Assembly: GCF_963921235.1 (NCBI RefSeq)
Contig: NC_086108.1
Span: forward strand, 94,366,001 to 94,430,000
DNA length: 64,000 nt
DNA from: Mobula hypostoma
Taxonomy: Eukaryota
Reading direction: 5' to 3'
Shown here: positions 1-11,517 of the stretch, piece after piece
Position numbering within the stretch: position 1 is the stretch's first letter
How the letters are laid out: the number at the start of each line of letters is the position of its first letter
Translations under genes and position numbers: made by a program
The notes under the pieces: model-generated
The model's database searches: none
What the model saw: the letters and a program-made list of their open reading frames with translations, nothing else
What the model was told of the DNA's origin: nothing

Positions 1-200
1 AACATCACAGACACATAGCGTCATATGAACAGCATTAACAAGAGAAACATCACCTGGTGTGATCTCCCAACATCCTATTTCTGAATCAATCAATTCCTTG
101 GTCTCACCAATGCTGAGTGTGAGGATGTTGCTGTGATATCACTCAAATAGCTGATCTAGCTCACTTTTGTTTGCATCTTCCTTACCATTCGAGATTCTAT

Positions 201-1199
201 TGGGGGCAAGAACGTCCCCAATGTTGCCCTCACCCTGATGGCCAGCTTCATGTGTGGCTGCATCAGGTTGTGTGTAGAACCCAGGTATGCGGGCACCAAA
301 TACCACTATGTGCCCAGGTTCTACAGCTAGTCGTTGCTGCCATACCGGTCCTTCGTAGAAAAGTTCTTTCAGGAGAACGCCTTTGACCACAGGGCCATCA
401 GGCAGTGGTCGGCACGTAATGTCCTGCAGACACGTAATGTCCTGCAGAAGGAAGTGGGTGGTTCCTCGAGCAGACCATCCAGTTCATCTGGCAAAATGCC
501 TCATCGCCAGATCTCACCAACAGGCACCAGGACCTCGCCTGGCTGGCAGTGAGAGGGGCCCTCCCAGTCAGATCCCTCCTGTACGCCCAGAACGTCGTCT
601 CCACACCTCACTGCCCACGGGATGACTGCAGTGAGGAGGAGTCTGTGACCCACCTCTTTGCACACTGTCAGTTTGCAGAGAGGGTGTGGAGGAGGATGGA
701 CGGGCTAGTGTCACGTTTCATCCCCAGCAGCTGCGTAACAGAGGACTCTGATCTACGGGTTGTTCCCGGGGACGCACACGGAGACCAGCATCCGGTGCTG
801 CTGGCAGATCACCAACTCGGTGAAAGACGCTCTTTGGTCGGCCCGAAACTTGATGATCTACCAGCACATGGAGATGTCCGTGAGAGAATGCTGCCGACTG
901 GCACATTCTCGGCTGCAGGAATACGTGCCGAGGGACACACTGAAACTTGGTGCAGCCACCGCAAGGGCCCGGTGGGGAAGGACCACGGTTTAGAGTTCTT
1001 CTCCCGTGGGAGTGGGAGGGGTCAGGTGGCAGGGAGTATACCCCTCAACAATGGTGTGGAAAGGTGAAACAACCGGAGTGCCATGTGAGTAGCCAAAAGT
1101 ATGGATATGTACAGACCATAATGGGAACGTATGTAAAGGACAGAAAGTTATTGAATGGTTTATTGTATATAATTTTATTTTTGAATAAAGTATATTTTG
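201..1199 (+). mobile_element. Tx1/L1-clade LINE, 5'-truncated 3' end (C-terminal ORF2 plus 3' UTR)
   Basis: Frameshifted ORF2 remnants: GGKNVPNVALTL near 201 and the CCHC knuckle CPRDDCSEEESVTHLFAHC (ORF 549..1067). GC-rich body ends in AATAAAGTATATTTTG at about 1184-1199. Confidence 0.8.
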
Positions 1200-1635
1200 C
1201 ATTTTTAAAAAGTAGTGTTTTCAGCAAATTCAGAGATAGCATTTGAACCAGACAATGAGTGTAAACAGTACAGCAGTTGGCTAACCAGGGGTTGCTTATT
1301 TTGATTGCTAGTGAGATGGAAATGTAATTACCAATCCACACTGACTGTGGTCTCCTGATAATGAAGTCGTAGATCCTGGTTTAAGGGCGGTAGGTACACA
1401 TAGCTAAAAAATATTTAAATGCAAAAATATTAATTGGAAGAAATAAAATGAGGCATATTGTTGCTGAAATATCAGATGCACACAACTTAGAATCCACATC
1501 CACGCCATGGGCTACCTTCCAAGTGGCATGGTTTTGAAGCAGCAAATGTTTGCAAGATTATATCTTCTTGGGCAGTTCCTGGAATCAGGAGTAACTTGGA
1601 ATTCCACAAACCTAAAGTGTTTTTTTAATTCCCAT

Positions 1636-2055
1636 CACAAGAGAAAATCTGCAGATGCTGGAAATCCAAGCAACACACACAAAATGCTGGAGGAACTCAG
1701 CAGGAAAAAAAAGAGTACAGTCGACGTTGCGGCCGAGACTCTTCAGCAGGACTGGAGAAAAAAAAAAGATGAGGAGTAGACTTTAAAAGTGGGGGAGGGG
1801 AGGGAGAAAGACAAGGGGATAGGTGAAACCGAGCAGGGGAGAGGGAGGGGTGAAGTAAAGAACTGAGAAGTTGATTGGTGAAAGAGGTACATGGCTGGAG
1901 AAGGGGGCATCTAATAGGAGAGGACAGAAGGCCATGGAAGAAAGAAAGGGTGGTGGGGGGGAGAGGAGGGACACCAAGGGAGGCAATGGGCAGGCAAGGA
2001 GATTAGGTGAGAGAGGGAAAAGGGGATGAGGAATGGTGAAGGGGGGAGCATTGTG
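1636..2055 (-). mobile_element. Penelope-like element 3' terminus (pseudo-LTR with 34-nt tail, decayed hammerhead, pyrimidine-rich 3' region)
   Basis: Same terminal sequence (ctgcagatgctggaaatccaagcaacacacacaaaatgctggaggaactcagcagg) and GA-rich tract as the GIY-YIG-bearing copy at 19085-19902. Confidence 0.75.
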
Positions 2056-2884
2056 GATGTGACTCCACCAATGGCACTTCATGCAGCTTGCAGGTAGAGA
2101 AGTTGTGTGCATCTTCTATTATTTATTTATGCATATTCTCCACATTCTTATGTCAGAGAGGTAAATATGGCCCAAACATTGCTGCAGGTTAAGCATGAGA
2201 AGAGCATGGGAATATGATACTGTTAATACTATGGCTAACTGTCAAAGAATTGGTACACTCGGCATCACAAGTACTTTTCCAGAGCTTCATAAGATGTCTC
2301 TTGTTATTGTTCATGTTTATGACACATAAAATAGAATTTGGATCACATGTATAAATTAATCTACCACTATGTTTATGGTACAAGGTCTTGGTCTTTACTC
2401 ATATGGACAAATAATATTCCTATTCAATGGAGACAGTAGTAGATTTCATAATTGATGTCAACTTTCACCAGAAGTGACCACCAAGGTATGGGAAAGTGAT
2501 CCAGAGTCTTGCTTTGGATTTTGATCACTTCGTAATAACCTGAAGCAAGGCAGATGGAAACAGTTTAGAAGTCCATTTCAGAATGTGCACAAGAAAGCAC
2601 CAAGTACATACTGTGTTGCTACTCTGGTAAACACTATCTACAGAGAGTGCCAGAGGAAACCCTTTGCAATGACCTACACCCTGATAGACAGAAGATACAT
2701 CAGGCATGCTTTCTTCTCCCCAGAAAACGGAAATGAGGTTGGGGAATTTGCACCAGAAGTACTTCTCCATCATAATTCCATGCTTTAGATGACAGTTTTG
2801 TCTGTTCCAGGGACCTTGTTATTTAGAACTAGGAATATTGTTGTACTAGGTATACAGCTGAACAAAGTACAAGTAGTTTGACCA

Positions 2885-3065
2885 GGGGATTCTTGTAGGT
2901 TTTCCCCAAGTGCTTTAATTTCCTCTCACAGTCCAAAGACATAACAGGTAGGTTAATTGGGCATTGTAAATTGCCCCATGGTCAGGGTTAATCAAGGATG
3001 TGGGGCTGCTGGGGCAGCATGACTCGAAGGGCCTACTCCGCAATATATCGCTAAAATAAATAAAG
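2885..3065 (+). mobile_element. V-SINE (HE1-like) fragment
   Basis: Degenerate V-domain (ggttttccccaagtgctttaatttcctctcacagtccaaagac) followed by a CR1-like tail (gaagggcctactccgc...aaataaataaa). Confidence 0.65.
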
Positions 3066-3874
3066 TATTTACAATTCCTCCTTGAAACTGAGGAATGTAA
3101 TAGTTAAAGCAGGTATGCTTGACCAAAATGTATAAACCACAACCAGTCATCATTAGAACAATCACTCAACAGGAAGCAATACAGCAGTCAGCTCTGCAAA
3201 CAAAGCCATTAGATTATTGGTATACAAAATCCATCCATGCTTTTGCTTATTCATCAGATAGATTTCATTACCATAACAGACAACAGGCCCAGGGAGACCG
3301 TCTGACTTGAGCATTAAGGAAAGATGAATTACAAGTAAATCTAAACTTTCACTTACCAATGTTATGCATATTCAAACAATAAACTTTCCTGACAAAGCAG
3401 GAACAGATCCCTTTAAAGTTAATTGAGTTGTTAAAGAATTCAACAGTTGTAAAGTACGTGCAGTATTTCTCGGAATTTACATTGGCAAAATCAGCTCTCT
3501 GACATTGACCCTTGACACATAAATATCCTCTGGACAAATCACTTGGATTCCATGAAGAGTACCATATCAATGATCTAAATTCTTCACTTCACCGTCATAA
3601 ATAGAACCCTGAGAGTTCAGAATTTTTTTTATTAGGATAGTTGTTAGATATTAGGAAACAAAAATGTTCAAATTACTGAGTATCATTAATATGACAAGAA
3701 ATTTGCCGCATTATTTAAACTGCTACTTCTGTGCACGTGGCCTTTCCGCTGCAGGGGTAAATTGGTGCTTGGTTCAGCCATTGGCAAATAGACAGCCAGG
3801 TGAAAGATCACAATGAAGTAAATTCTGAGGTCAAGTGTCCATCTTATCATACTAGGGAAACATACAGTAGTCTT

Positions 3875-4190
3875 ATATCATCAGGGTAGATGGTGGTATA
3901 TGTTTTCAGGCTTCTGTTTCTTCTACCTGATGGGAGTAAAAAGAAAAGAGAATGTCCAAGATGGTTGAGATTTTGATTATGCTGGCTGGTTTACAGAGGC
4001 AGTGAGAAGTACAGACAGAGCTCATGGAAGGGTGGCTGACTTCCTGATGTGCTAAACTGCGTCCACAACTCTCTGCAGTTTCTTGTCATCACGGGCAGAG
4101 CAGATGCCGTACCAAGCCATGATATATCCATATAGGAGGCTTTCTTTGGTGCATCAATAAAAATTGGTAAGCATTGATGAGGGATCACAA
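3875..4190 (-). mobile_element. Rex1/Babar LINE 3' fragment, degraded
   Basis: ttcaggcttctgtttcttctacctgatgg matches the ttcaggcttctgtacctcctacctgatgg stretch of the RT-bearing copy at 11518-12880. Confidence 0.6.
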
Positions 4191-4356
4191 TTACAGATTA
4201 TGAGCAAAGACATGTAGGACTGAGAAAAGGAAGAATTAGTTCAACTTAACTAGAAGAATTGCCTCCACTGAAGGTTGTAGAGGCCAAGTAATTGAATGTA
4301 TTTTTAAAAATGTATTATTACGTATTAGATACAAAAGTTCAATTAAACTTCTAGTT

Positions 4357-5217
4357 TAAGATGGCTCTGCTGAAGCTCAGCGACTACTTGCCAGCGACAA
4401 ACAAAATATTTACTAACTACTTAATATTAATCACTTTTTCCTGGTAAAACGATCACGTCAAACAGTAGCCTGCAACTTCCCTTTCGGAGCTGCGTTTTGA
4501 ATCGCCTGTATAATCTAGCATTTTTGCGATGTGAGCTGAAGTCTCAAAGGTGCAGGACGGTTGCAACATGGTGAAAACAGGCTGAATTTAGGCGGCTTGG
4601 CACAGGCAGGAGAGCAGTAAATGAGGCAATGTTTGCCCATTGCTGAGGGGGATCTGGAGGTGATTCGACATGGCTGAACCACGACAGAACCAAGGCGAGA
4701 CAGAGGTGGAGCCCGGGGCCCAAGAGCAGGGAAAGATCCAAGGTTTGATGGATTTGAGCACCAGGCCTATTCCAGGCGGCGTGCCCCAGGCCCGAGAGTG
4801 TTTCGAAGTGGTTGGGCCCAAGTCCAAGAGCAAGGAACGACCCAAGGTTTGGATGATTTAAGCACCAAGCCAGATTGAAAAGGTCAGGGTGTCAAGGTCG
4901 GAGGTGAGGGAGAGCCTGGTTCAGTTCGCTGCTCCACGAGGTGAACTCGTCTCTGCACTGAATTAAGGCTGTGGCCTGCAATTAATAGGCTCCTAAATTG
5001 GCTGTGGACTCAATTTCATGAACTACAGTTCTGAATGCTATTTTCTTACTGTTATTATTTGCATAATCTGTTTTTTCCCCTCTCTGCACATTGGGTGTTG
5101 ACGGTTTTCTTTCTCTTTAAATGGGTTTCTTTGTTTTGTGGCTGCCTGGAAGGAGACTAATCTCAAGGTTGTATATGGTATATATATTTTGATAACAAAT
5201 GTACTTTGAACTTTGAA
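4357..5217 (+). mobile_element. Non-autonomous retroposon (AAGATGGC head, (TTTGAAC)n tail), family unnamed
   Basis: 5' part is collinear with 61352-61647 and 3' part with the reverse complement of 29330-29440. Ends gataacaaatgtactttgaactttgaa. No credible ORF. Confidence 0.65.
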
Positions 5218-5874
5218 AATCTTTGTCACTAATTTATTAAGCACATGGGCCTTACCCCAGAACAGTGTGCATTTGTTTTTTTTTCAGTTTGCACTCTATG
5301 AAACAAAACATTTACAATAACACAGTTCAAATGGTTACATGCGACACAGTTTTTACATTCTGCTAATTACTCAAGATACAGCTAGCTTGCTAATAAAATA
5401 CATTCAGTATTTAAAAATAGGTTTCAATAAAAATATTCATTCCTTCCAAGCAACATAAATTAATTGAAAAATGCAGCATAAATTATTCAAAGGGCTTAGT
5501 GCCAGACAAGATGTCCTAGAGCAGTTTAACTTTGAATCCATTATCTTGCAGCTTATAAAACATGATCTCAGCCAGTAAAACCCTAGGGACATTCCTTGTC
5601 TCCACCTTGCACAACAGACAGCAGAAATATCATGGAAGGCTTAGCAAAAAACAAATCACTCAAACTTGTCTGGGAGATTGCAGCAAGAATGTACAGCACT
5701 GAACAAGCACGGATAACCTCCACCTCAGGGTTGTTGTAAAAGGATTGCTCCACATTGTAACAAATAACAGTAGATATTTATTCACACAATTCATCTGCTT
5801 CGGGCCTTCAAGACCAGAAATAAAAAGAAAAAAAAAAATCAGATACAGGAATCAATTACAGGAAAGATGTCAAT

Positions 5875-6366
5875 AAAATTGAGAGAGTACAGAGGAGGTT
5901 TACTAAAATGTTGCCTGGGTTTCATCTCCTAAGTTACAGAGAAAGGTTGAACAAGTTAGGTCTTTATTCTTTGGAGCGCAGAAGGTTGAGGGGGTCTTGA
6001 TAGAGATGTTTAAAATTATGAGGGGGATTGATAGAGTTGACGTGGTTAGACTTTTTCAAATGAGAGTGGGGAAGATTCAAACAAGAGGATATGGGTTGAG
6101 AGAGGAAAAAAGTTTGGGGGTAACATGAGGGGGAACTTCTTTACTCAGAGAGTGGTGGCTGCGTGGAATGAGCTTCCAGCAGAAGTGGTTGAGGCAGGTT
6201 CTATGTTGTCGTTTAAATTTAAATTGGATAGATATATGGACAGGAAAGGAATGGAGGTTTATGGGTTGAGTGCAGGTCGGTGGGATTAGGATAGGGTAAG
6301 AGTTCGGCACAGAGTAGAAGGGCCGAGATGCCCTGTTTCCGCGCTGTAATTGTTATATGGTTATAT
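5875..6366 (+). mobile_element. CR1 LINE 3' end
   Basis: ERVQRRFTKMLPG-type C-terminal coding remnant and CR1 3' UTR (agaagggccgagatgccctgtttccgcgctgta), with a ttatatggttatat tail. Confidence 0.8.
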
Positions 6367-8329
6367 ACAGTTATCCCATAATGGGAAATCGCAATTTCCA
6401 GTATGTTCAATTCGCTGACCAGTTTCAAGTCTACCAATAATATAATGCATCAACATGAACAAAATAGCCTGGAACTTGTGGAAAACGTAGACAGTTCCAC
6501 AAGAACTTTCAGCATTAACTTAGTTAAATGAGAGCTTGGAAGTAATACATAAATTTCCACCTTGATGACAAAATCTCTACAGGCTCTGGGTGAAGCTAGT
6601 CACAGCGAGAACATGCAAGCTCCAGAAACACTTCCTCATCTAATATTTTGCAAATTTCAAGATTCTACATTTACTTCCTCAACTAAATCATGAATATATA
6701 TTGTGACTAGCTGGGGTCCAAACACTAAATTAACCTCTGCCTGCCACAGATTCCTGTCTGTAAACCAGTTCTCTACCTATGGCTGTACATTGTCTTAATG
6801 CTAGGCATTTTAATTTTGAACACTAATTCTTGTGAGATCTTGTCCAATGTGTTTTTAAAGTCCAAACATCTTATCCACTCTACTAATTACATCCACAAAA
6901 AAAAAGATTTGTCAAACAAGGTCTCCCTTTTGTAAATCCATGCTGACTGAGCACAATCCTGTACCCACTTTGAAACAGAGAATAACAATACACCTATGCA
7001 AATTCCCACAGCTTCTGGCAACTATGATCTCTATCAGAGGCTGATGTCCGAACTTCCTTCAAGAGGGTGAACTCTTGATAGCCATTTGGCTCCAACAGTG
7101 TAGTTAGTGACTGGGTACCGAAAACCTGTGCCAACCAACTGGTTTGAGTATTCAAGAACATCTTCAACCTCTCACTGCAGTGGTCTGAGGTTCCCACTTG
7201 CTTCAAAAGGGCAGCAATTATTCCAGTGCCCAAGAGCATAGTGAGCTGTCTCAAAGACCATCGTCCAGTAGCACTCATCACATCTACCATCGTGAAGTGC
7301 TTTGAGAGGTTGGTTTTGACTAGAATGAACTCCTGCCTGAATAAATACCAGGACATGCTGCAATTTGCCCATCGTTGAACAGGTTTACAGCGGATGGAAA
7401 CTCACAGGCTTTCCATCCTACACAACAGCAAGACATACACAAGGCTGTCCTTTATCTATTACACCTCTGTGTTTAACATCATCATTTCCTCAGTATTAAT
7501 AATCGAGCTTCACAACCAGGGCCTCTGCAACTGGATCCTTGACTTCCTCACTGGAGATCGCAGTCGATGCAGATAAGTAATAATATTTCCTCCTCAGACT
7601 TTCAACATAGATGCACCTCAAGTATGTGTGTTTAGCCCACTTCTCTACTCTACACTCATGACTATGTGACTAAGCATGGCTCAAATACCATCTTGATGAC
7701 AAAGTCTCTACAGGCTCTGTCATTCCCCAATGACACAGTGTCAGTAAGATCAAGGAATTGATTATTCAGGAAGGGAAAATCGAGGGAATACACACTAGTC
7801 ATCAGTGAGGGTCAGCATGGAAAGAGTGAGCAGTTTCAAGTTCCTGGGTGTCAACATTTCTGAAACTCTATCCTGGCACAACATATTGATGCAATTACAA
7901 AGAAAGCATGGCAGCAGCTATATTTCATTAGGAGTTTGAGGTGATTTAGTATATCACCAAAGACGATGGCAAATTTCTACAGATGTACCATGAAGAGCAT
8001 TCAAACTGGTTGCATCCCGGCTGGTATGCAGGGGCCATTGCACAGGATCAGAAAAAACTGCAAAAAGTTGCAAAGTTAGCCAGCTTCATCATGGGCACTA
8101 GCCTCTCCAGCATTGAGGACATCTTCACAAAGCAATGCCTCAAAAAGGCAGGATCCATCCTGCTCCAGGACATGCCCCCTTCTCATTGCTACCATCAAGG
8201 AAGTAGTACAGGAGCATGAAGACACATGCTCAGTGTTTTAATAACAGCTACTTCCCCTTCACCATCAGATTTCTAAATGGACAATGAACCCACATCTACT
8301 ACGACACTATTCTTAACCCACTTTTTAAG

Positions 8330-9878
8330 GCCACAAGACCATAAGATATTGGAGCAGAATTAGGCCATTTGGCCCATCATGTCTGCTCTGCCATCCCATC
8401 ATAGTTGATCTATTATCTCTCTCAAACCAATTCTCCTGCCTTCTCCCCATAACTTTTGACACCTGGACTATCAGGAATCCATCAACCTCTGCTTTAAATA
8501 TACTCAATAACTTGGCCTCCAGAGCCATCTGTGGCAATGAATTCCAGATTCACCACCTTCTAGCTAAAGGAATTTCTCCTCAGCTCTGTTAAATAAAGTC
8601 AAACCAATTTGATTCTAAGGCGGGGTTCTTCTACTCTGCAGCTGTGCCCTCTGGTTCTAGAATCACCCCCCTACAGGAAACAGCCTCTCCTTATCCAATC
8701 TGTCTAGGTCTTTCAATATTTGATAGATTTCGATTAGATCACCCTTTATTCCTCTAAACTTTAGCAAGTACAAACCCAGAGCCATAAAACACTCTTCATA
8801 CATTAACCCTTTCATTCCCAGAATTATTCTTATGAACCTCCTCTGGACCCTCCCCAAAGCCAGCACATTTTTTTTTTAACATAAGGGGCCCAAAACTGCT
8901 CTCAATACTCCAAGTGCAGACTCACAACACTTCATAAAGCCTCAACATTACACCCTTGCTCTTATATTCTAGGCAACACACACAAAATGCTGGAGGAACT
9001 CAGCTGGTCAGGCAGCATCTATGAAAAAGAATAGATGTTTTGGGCCAAGACCTTTTTTTCAGGACCTGAAGAAGGGTCTCCACCCAAACTGTCAAATGTT
9101 TATTCATTTTCATAGATGAAGCCTCACCTACTGAGTTCCTTCAGCATTTTCTGTGTTGTACTTTGGATTTCCAGCATCTGCAGACTTTCTCGTCTCACAT
9201 TCTAGTCCTCACAAAATGATTCTAACATTGCACTTGCCACTGACTCAACCTCCAAATTAATCTTTAGGGAATCTTGCACAAGACTCCCAAGTCCCTTTGC
9301 ACCTCTGATTTTTGAACTTTCTCATTTAGAAAACAGTTTAAGCCTTTATTCCTTCTTCCCAAGTGCACAACATACATTTCCCTAGACTGCATTCCATCTG
9401 CCACTTCTTTGCCCATTTTCCCAATCTGTTTAAATTCTTCTGCAGACTCTCTGCTTCGTCAACACTACCGGCCCCTCCACCTATCTTTGTATAATCTGCA
9501 AACTTGGCCACAAACCCATCAATTCCGTCATCCAAACCGTTGACATAACATGAATCGAAGCAATACTAATACTAACCCCTGTGGAACAGCACTTGTCGCT
9601 GGCAGCCAACCAGAACAGGCCCCTTTATTCCCACTCTTTACCTCCTGCCAGTCAGCTAATCTTCTATCCATACTAGTAACTACCATGGGCTCGTATCTTC
9701 TTAAGCAGCCTCATCTGTGGCACCTTGTCGAAGGCCTTCTAAAAATCTAGTAGACACCATCTAGTGACTCCCCTGCCTGTCATTTCCTTAAGGAATTCCA
9801 ATAGATTTGTCAGGCAAGATTTTCCCTTATGGAAACCATGCTGACTTTGGCCTATTTTATCATTAGCTTCCAAGTACT
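8330..9878 (-). mobile_element. CR1 LINE, 5'-truncated
   Basis: Minus-strand ORFs with DDGIDGFVAKFAD (9338..9535) and ALGRVQRRFIRIILGMKGL (8663..8866). Tail ccacaagaccataag near 8330. Confidence 0.85.
8973..9198. mobile_element. Penelope-terminus inverted-repeat insertion
   Basis: Two opposed copies of the Penelope terminus meet at about 9063. Flanked by ATTCTAG at 8966-8972 and 9199-9205, and the CR1 sequence rejoins across the insert. Confidence 0.75.
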
Positions 9879-9999
9879 ACTTATTTCTTATTGCAATTTA
9901 TAGTTTTTAAAAAATATATATTACGTATTGTACTAAACTGCTGCTGCAAAACAAACTTCACAACATATGCCAGTGATAATTAAACCAGATTCTGATTCT

Positions 10000-10132
10000 T
10001 ACATGGATGATAAAATGGGGTTGGGGGGGGGGGAGGAAGAAGGTGGTCAGATTGACCTTGTTGTAGGTTAGAATGTTGGCACAACATTGTGGGCCGAAGG
10101 GCTTGTACTGTGCTGTAATGTTCTATGTTCTA
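10000..10132 (+). mobile_element. CR1 extreme 3' end
   Basis: ggcacaacattgtgggccgaagggcttgtactgtgctgtaatgttctatgttcta is nearly identical to the tail at 24982-25036. Confidence 0.75.
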
Positions 10133-10279
10133 ATACCATGTCAAGCCTAAAATAATCAGTGGTGAAATACAAGTTAGCTTTTCAAATATTTTTGCTATAC
10201 AGGTTTTTCTACTTCGAATAAACAGCTCCTCAGTATTACATAGGAGATACGATTAGTTAGTATGCAGGTGACAAAATCT

Positions 10280-11517
10280 GATGGTGCTGAGGAAAGAAAG
10301 GAATGCTGAGAATGATCTACAGCAAGATGTAGATCAGATGGAGAGCTTTGGAAAGTCAAAGAGGCAAAATGACCAGTGAATGGTAGGGCACAAAAGAATA
10401 TTAATAACCAGAGGGACTTAGATTCCAAGTCTATAGTTCCCTGAAAGTGCCAAAACATTTTGATAACATGCTGAAGGTGGTTTATGGTTTGCCTGTCTTC
10501 ATGGATTGGGGCACAGAACACAAGAATTGCAATGTTACTTTCTAACTTTACAGACTCTGATTATGCCATACTTGTAGTTTCGTGTGCAATTCTGATCACC
10601 ACACAAGAGGAAAGATGTGATTGTACGAGGGAGTGCAGAGGAGATTCACCATGATGCTGACTGGATTGGATGACTTTAGTTTTAGGGGATTAGGCTTGAT
10701 TTCCCTGGAGTGCTGGAGGAAGAATGACCTGATAAAAGTATATAAGATTAGGCAAGGCCTAGACATGGTATTCAGTTATGTTATATGGATCAGAATGTTG
10801 GACAATATCTAGTAACAAGAGAAAACAAATTGAAGCAGCAGAGATGTGGTTTTTGAGGAGGATGCAAAGAATATCATGGACAAAACGAATATCGAACGAG
10901 GATGTTATGTACAGAGCAAACACAAAAAGAGAAATAATGTACGAGATCATGAAAAGGCAACGCAACTTCATTGGACATGTGATTAGGAAAGAGGAGTTAG
11001 AATGCACAGAATTATGGGAAAAATTGAAGGGAAGAAAGCAAGAGGAAGACAAAGACAAATGATGATGGAGACAGCAGCCAGAGAACTGGAAATGAATACC
11101 AATGAATTGATCCACTTGACCCAAAGCAGGAGTGTGTGGGCCATGGCAGTCAAAGCTCAGTCTGGGCATGGCGCCTGATGATGATGAGATATGGTAGGTA
11201 ATCAAAATATTTTTCTCATGTATCAAAAACAAAAGGACTTGATTTAAGGTGAAGGGAAGGAGTTTTAAATTGGATTACATAGGCACATTTATATAGAATA
11301 GTTGCTATCTGAAATGCACTGCAAGAGGAAGTGGTGAAATCAGATAAAATTTCCAAAGGTTCAATTACTTGAGAATGTACCTTTAAGGTGAGAGAGGGCA
11401 AGTTTAAAGGAGATTTACAAGGCACATACAGAATGATAGGTGCCTGGAACACACTGCTAGAGTAGTGGAGAAAGCAAATACAATTGCAACATTTAAACAA
11501 TTAGAAGGGAACATCAA
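10280..11517 (+). mobile_element. Old degraded CR1 fragments hosting an RTE insertion
   Basis: YEGVQRRFTMMLTGL...DLIKVYKI (ORF 10621..10812). CR1 3' sequence continues after 11196. Confidence 0.6.
10771..11186 (+). mobile_element. RTE-clade LINE 3' end
   Basis: MLYGSECWTI...EAAEMWFLRRMQRISWTKRISNEDV (ORF 10778..11062) and a (GAT)n tail. Likely TSD AGACATGGTA (10761-10770) / AGATATGGTA (11187-11196). Confidence 0.85.

Larger units (their letters stand above)
7030..9999 (+). mobile_element. Rex1/Babar LINE, degraded, split by the CR1 insertion at about 8330-9878
   Basis: RT remnants ([33 protein letters not shown]) at 7030-8320. 3' UTR and (GATTCT)n tail resume at 9880-9999. Confidence 0.75.

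Noticed and set aside
2525..2788. Overlapping 67-82 aa ORFs in unique-looking DNA
   Set aside because: No domain similarity that I recognise and no splice context. The lengths are expected by chance.
3356..3608. Possible minus-strand exon (ctctcAG acceptor, G|GTAAGT donor)
   Set aside because: All three frames from this acceptor contain stops, and the 73-aa ORF has no recognisable motif. It could only be a non-coding exon, for which I have no evidence.
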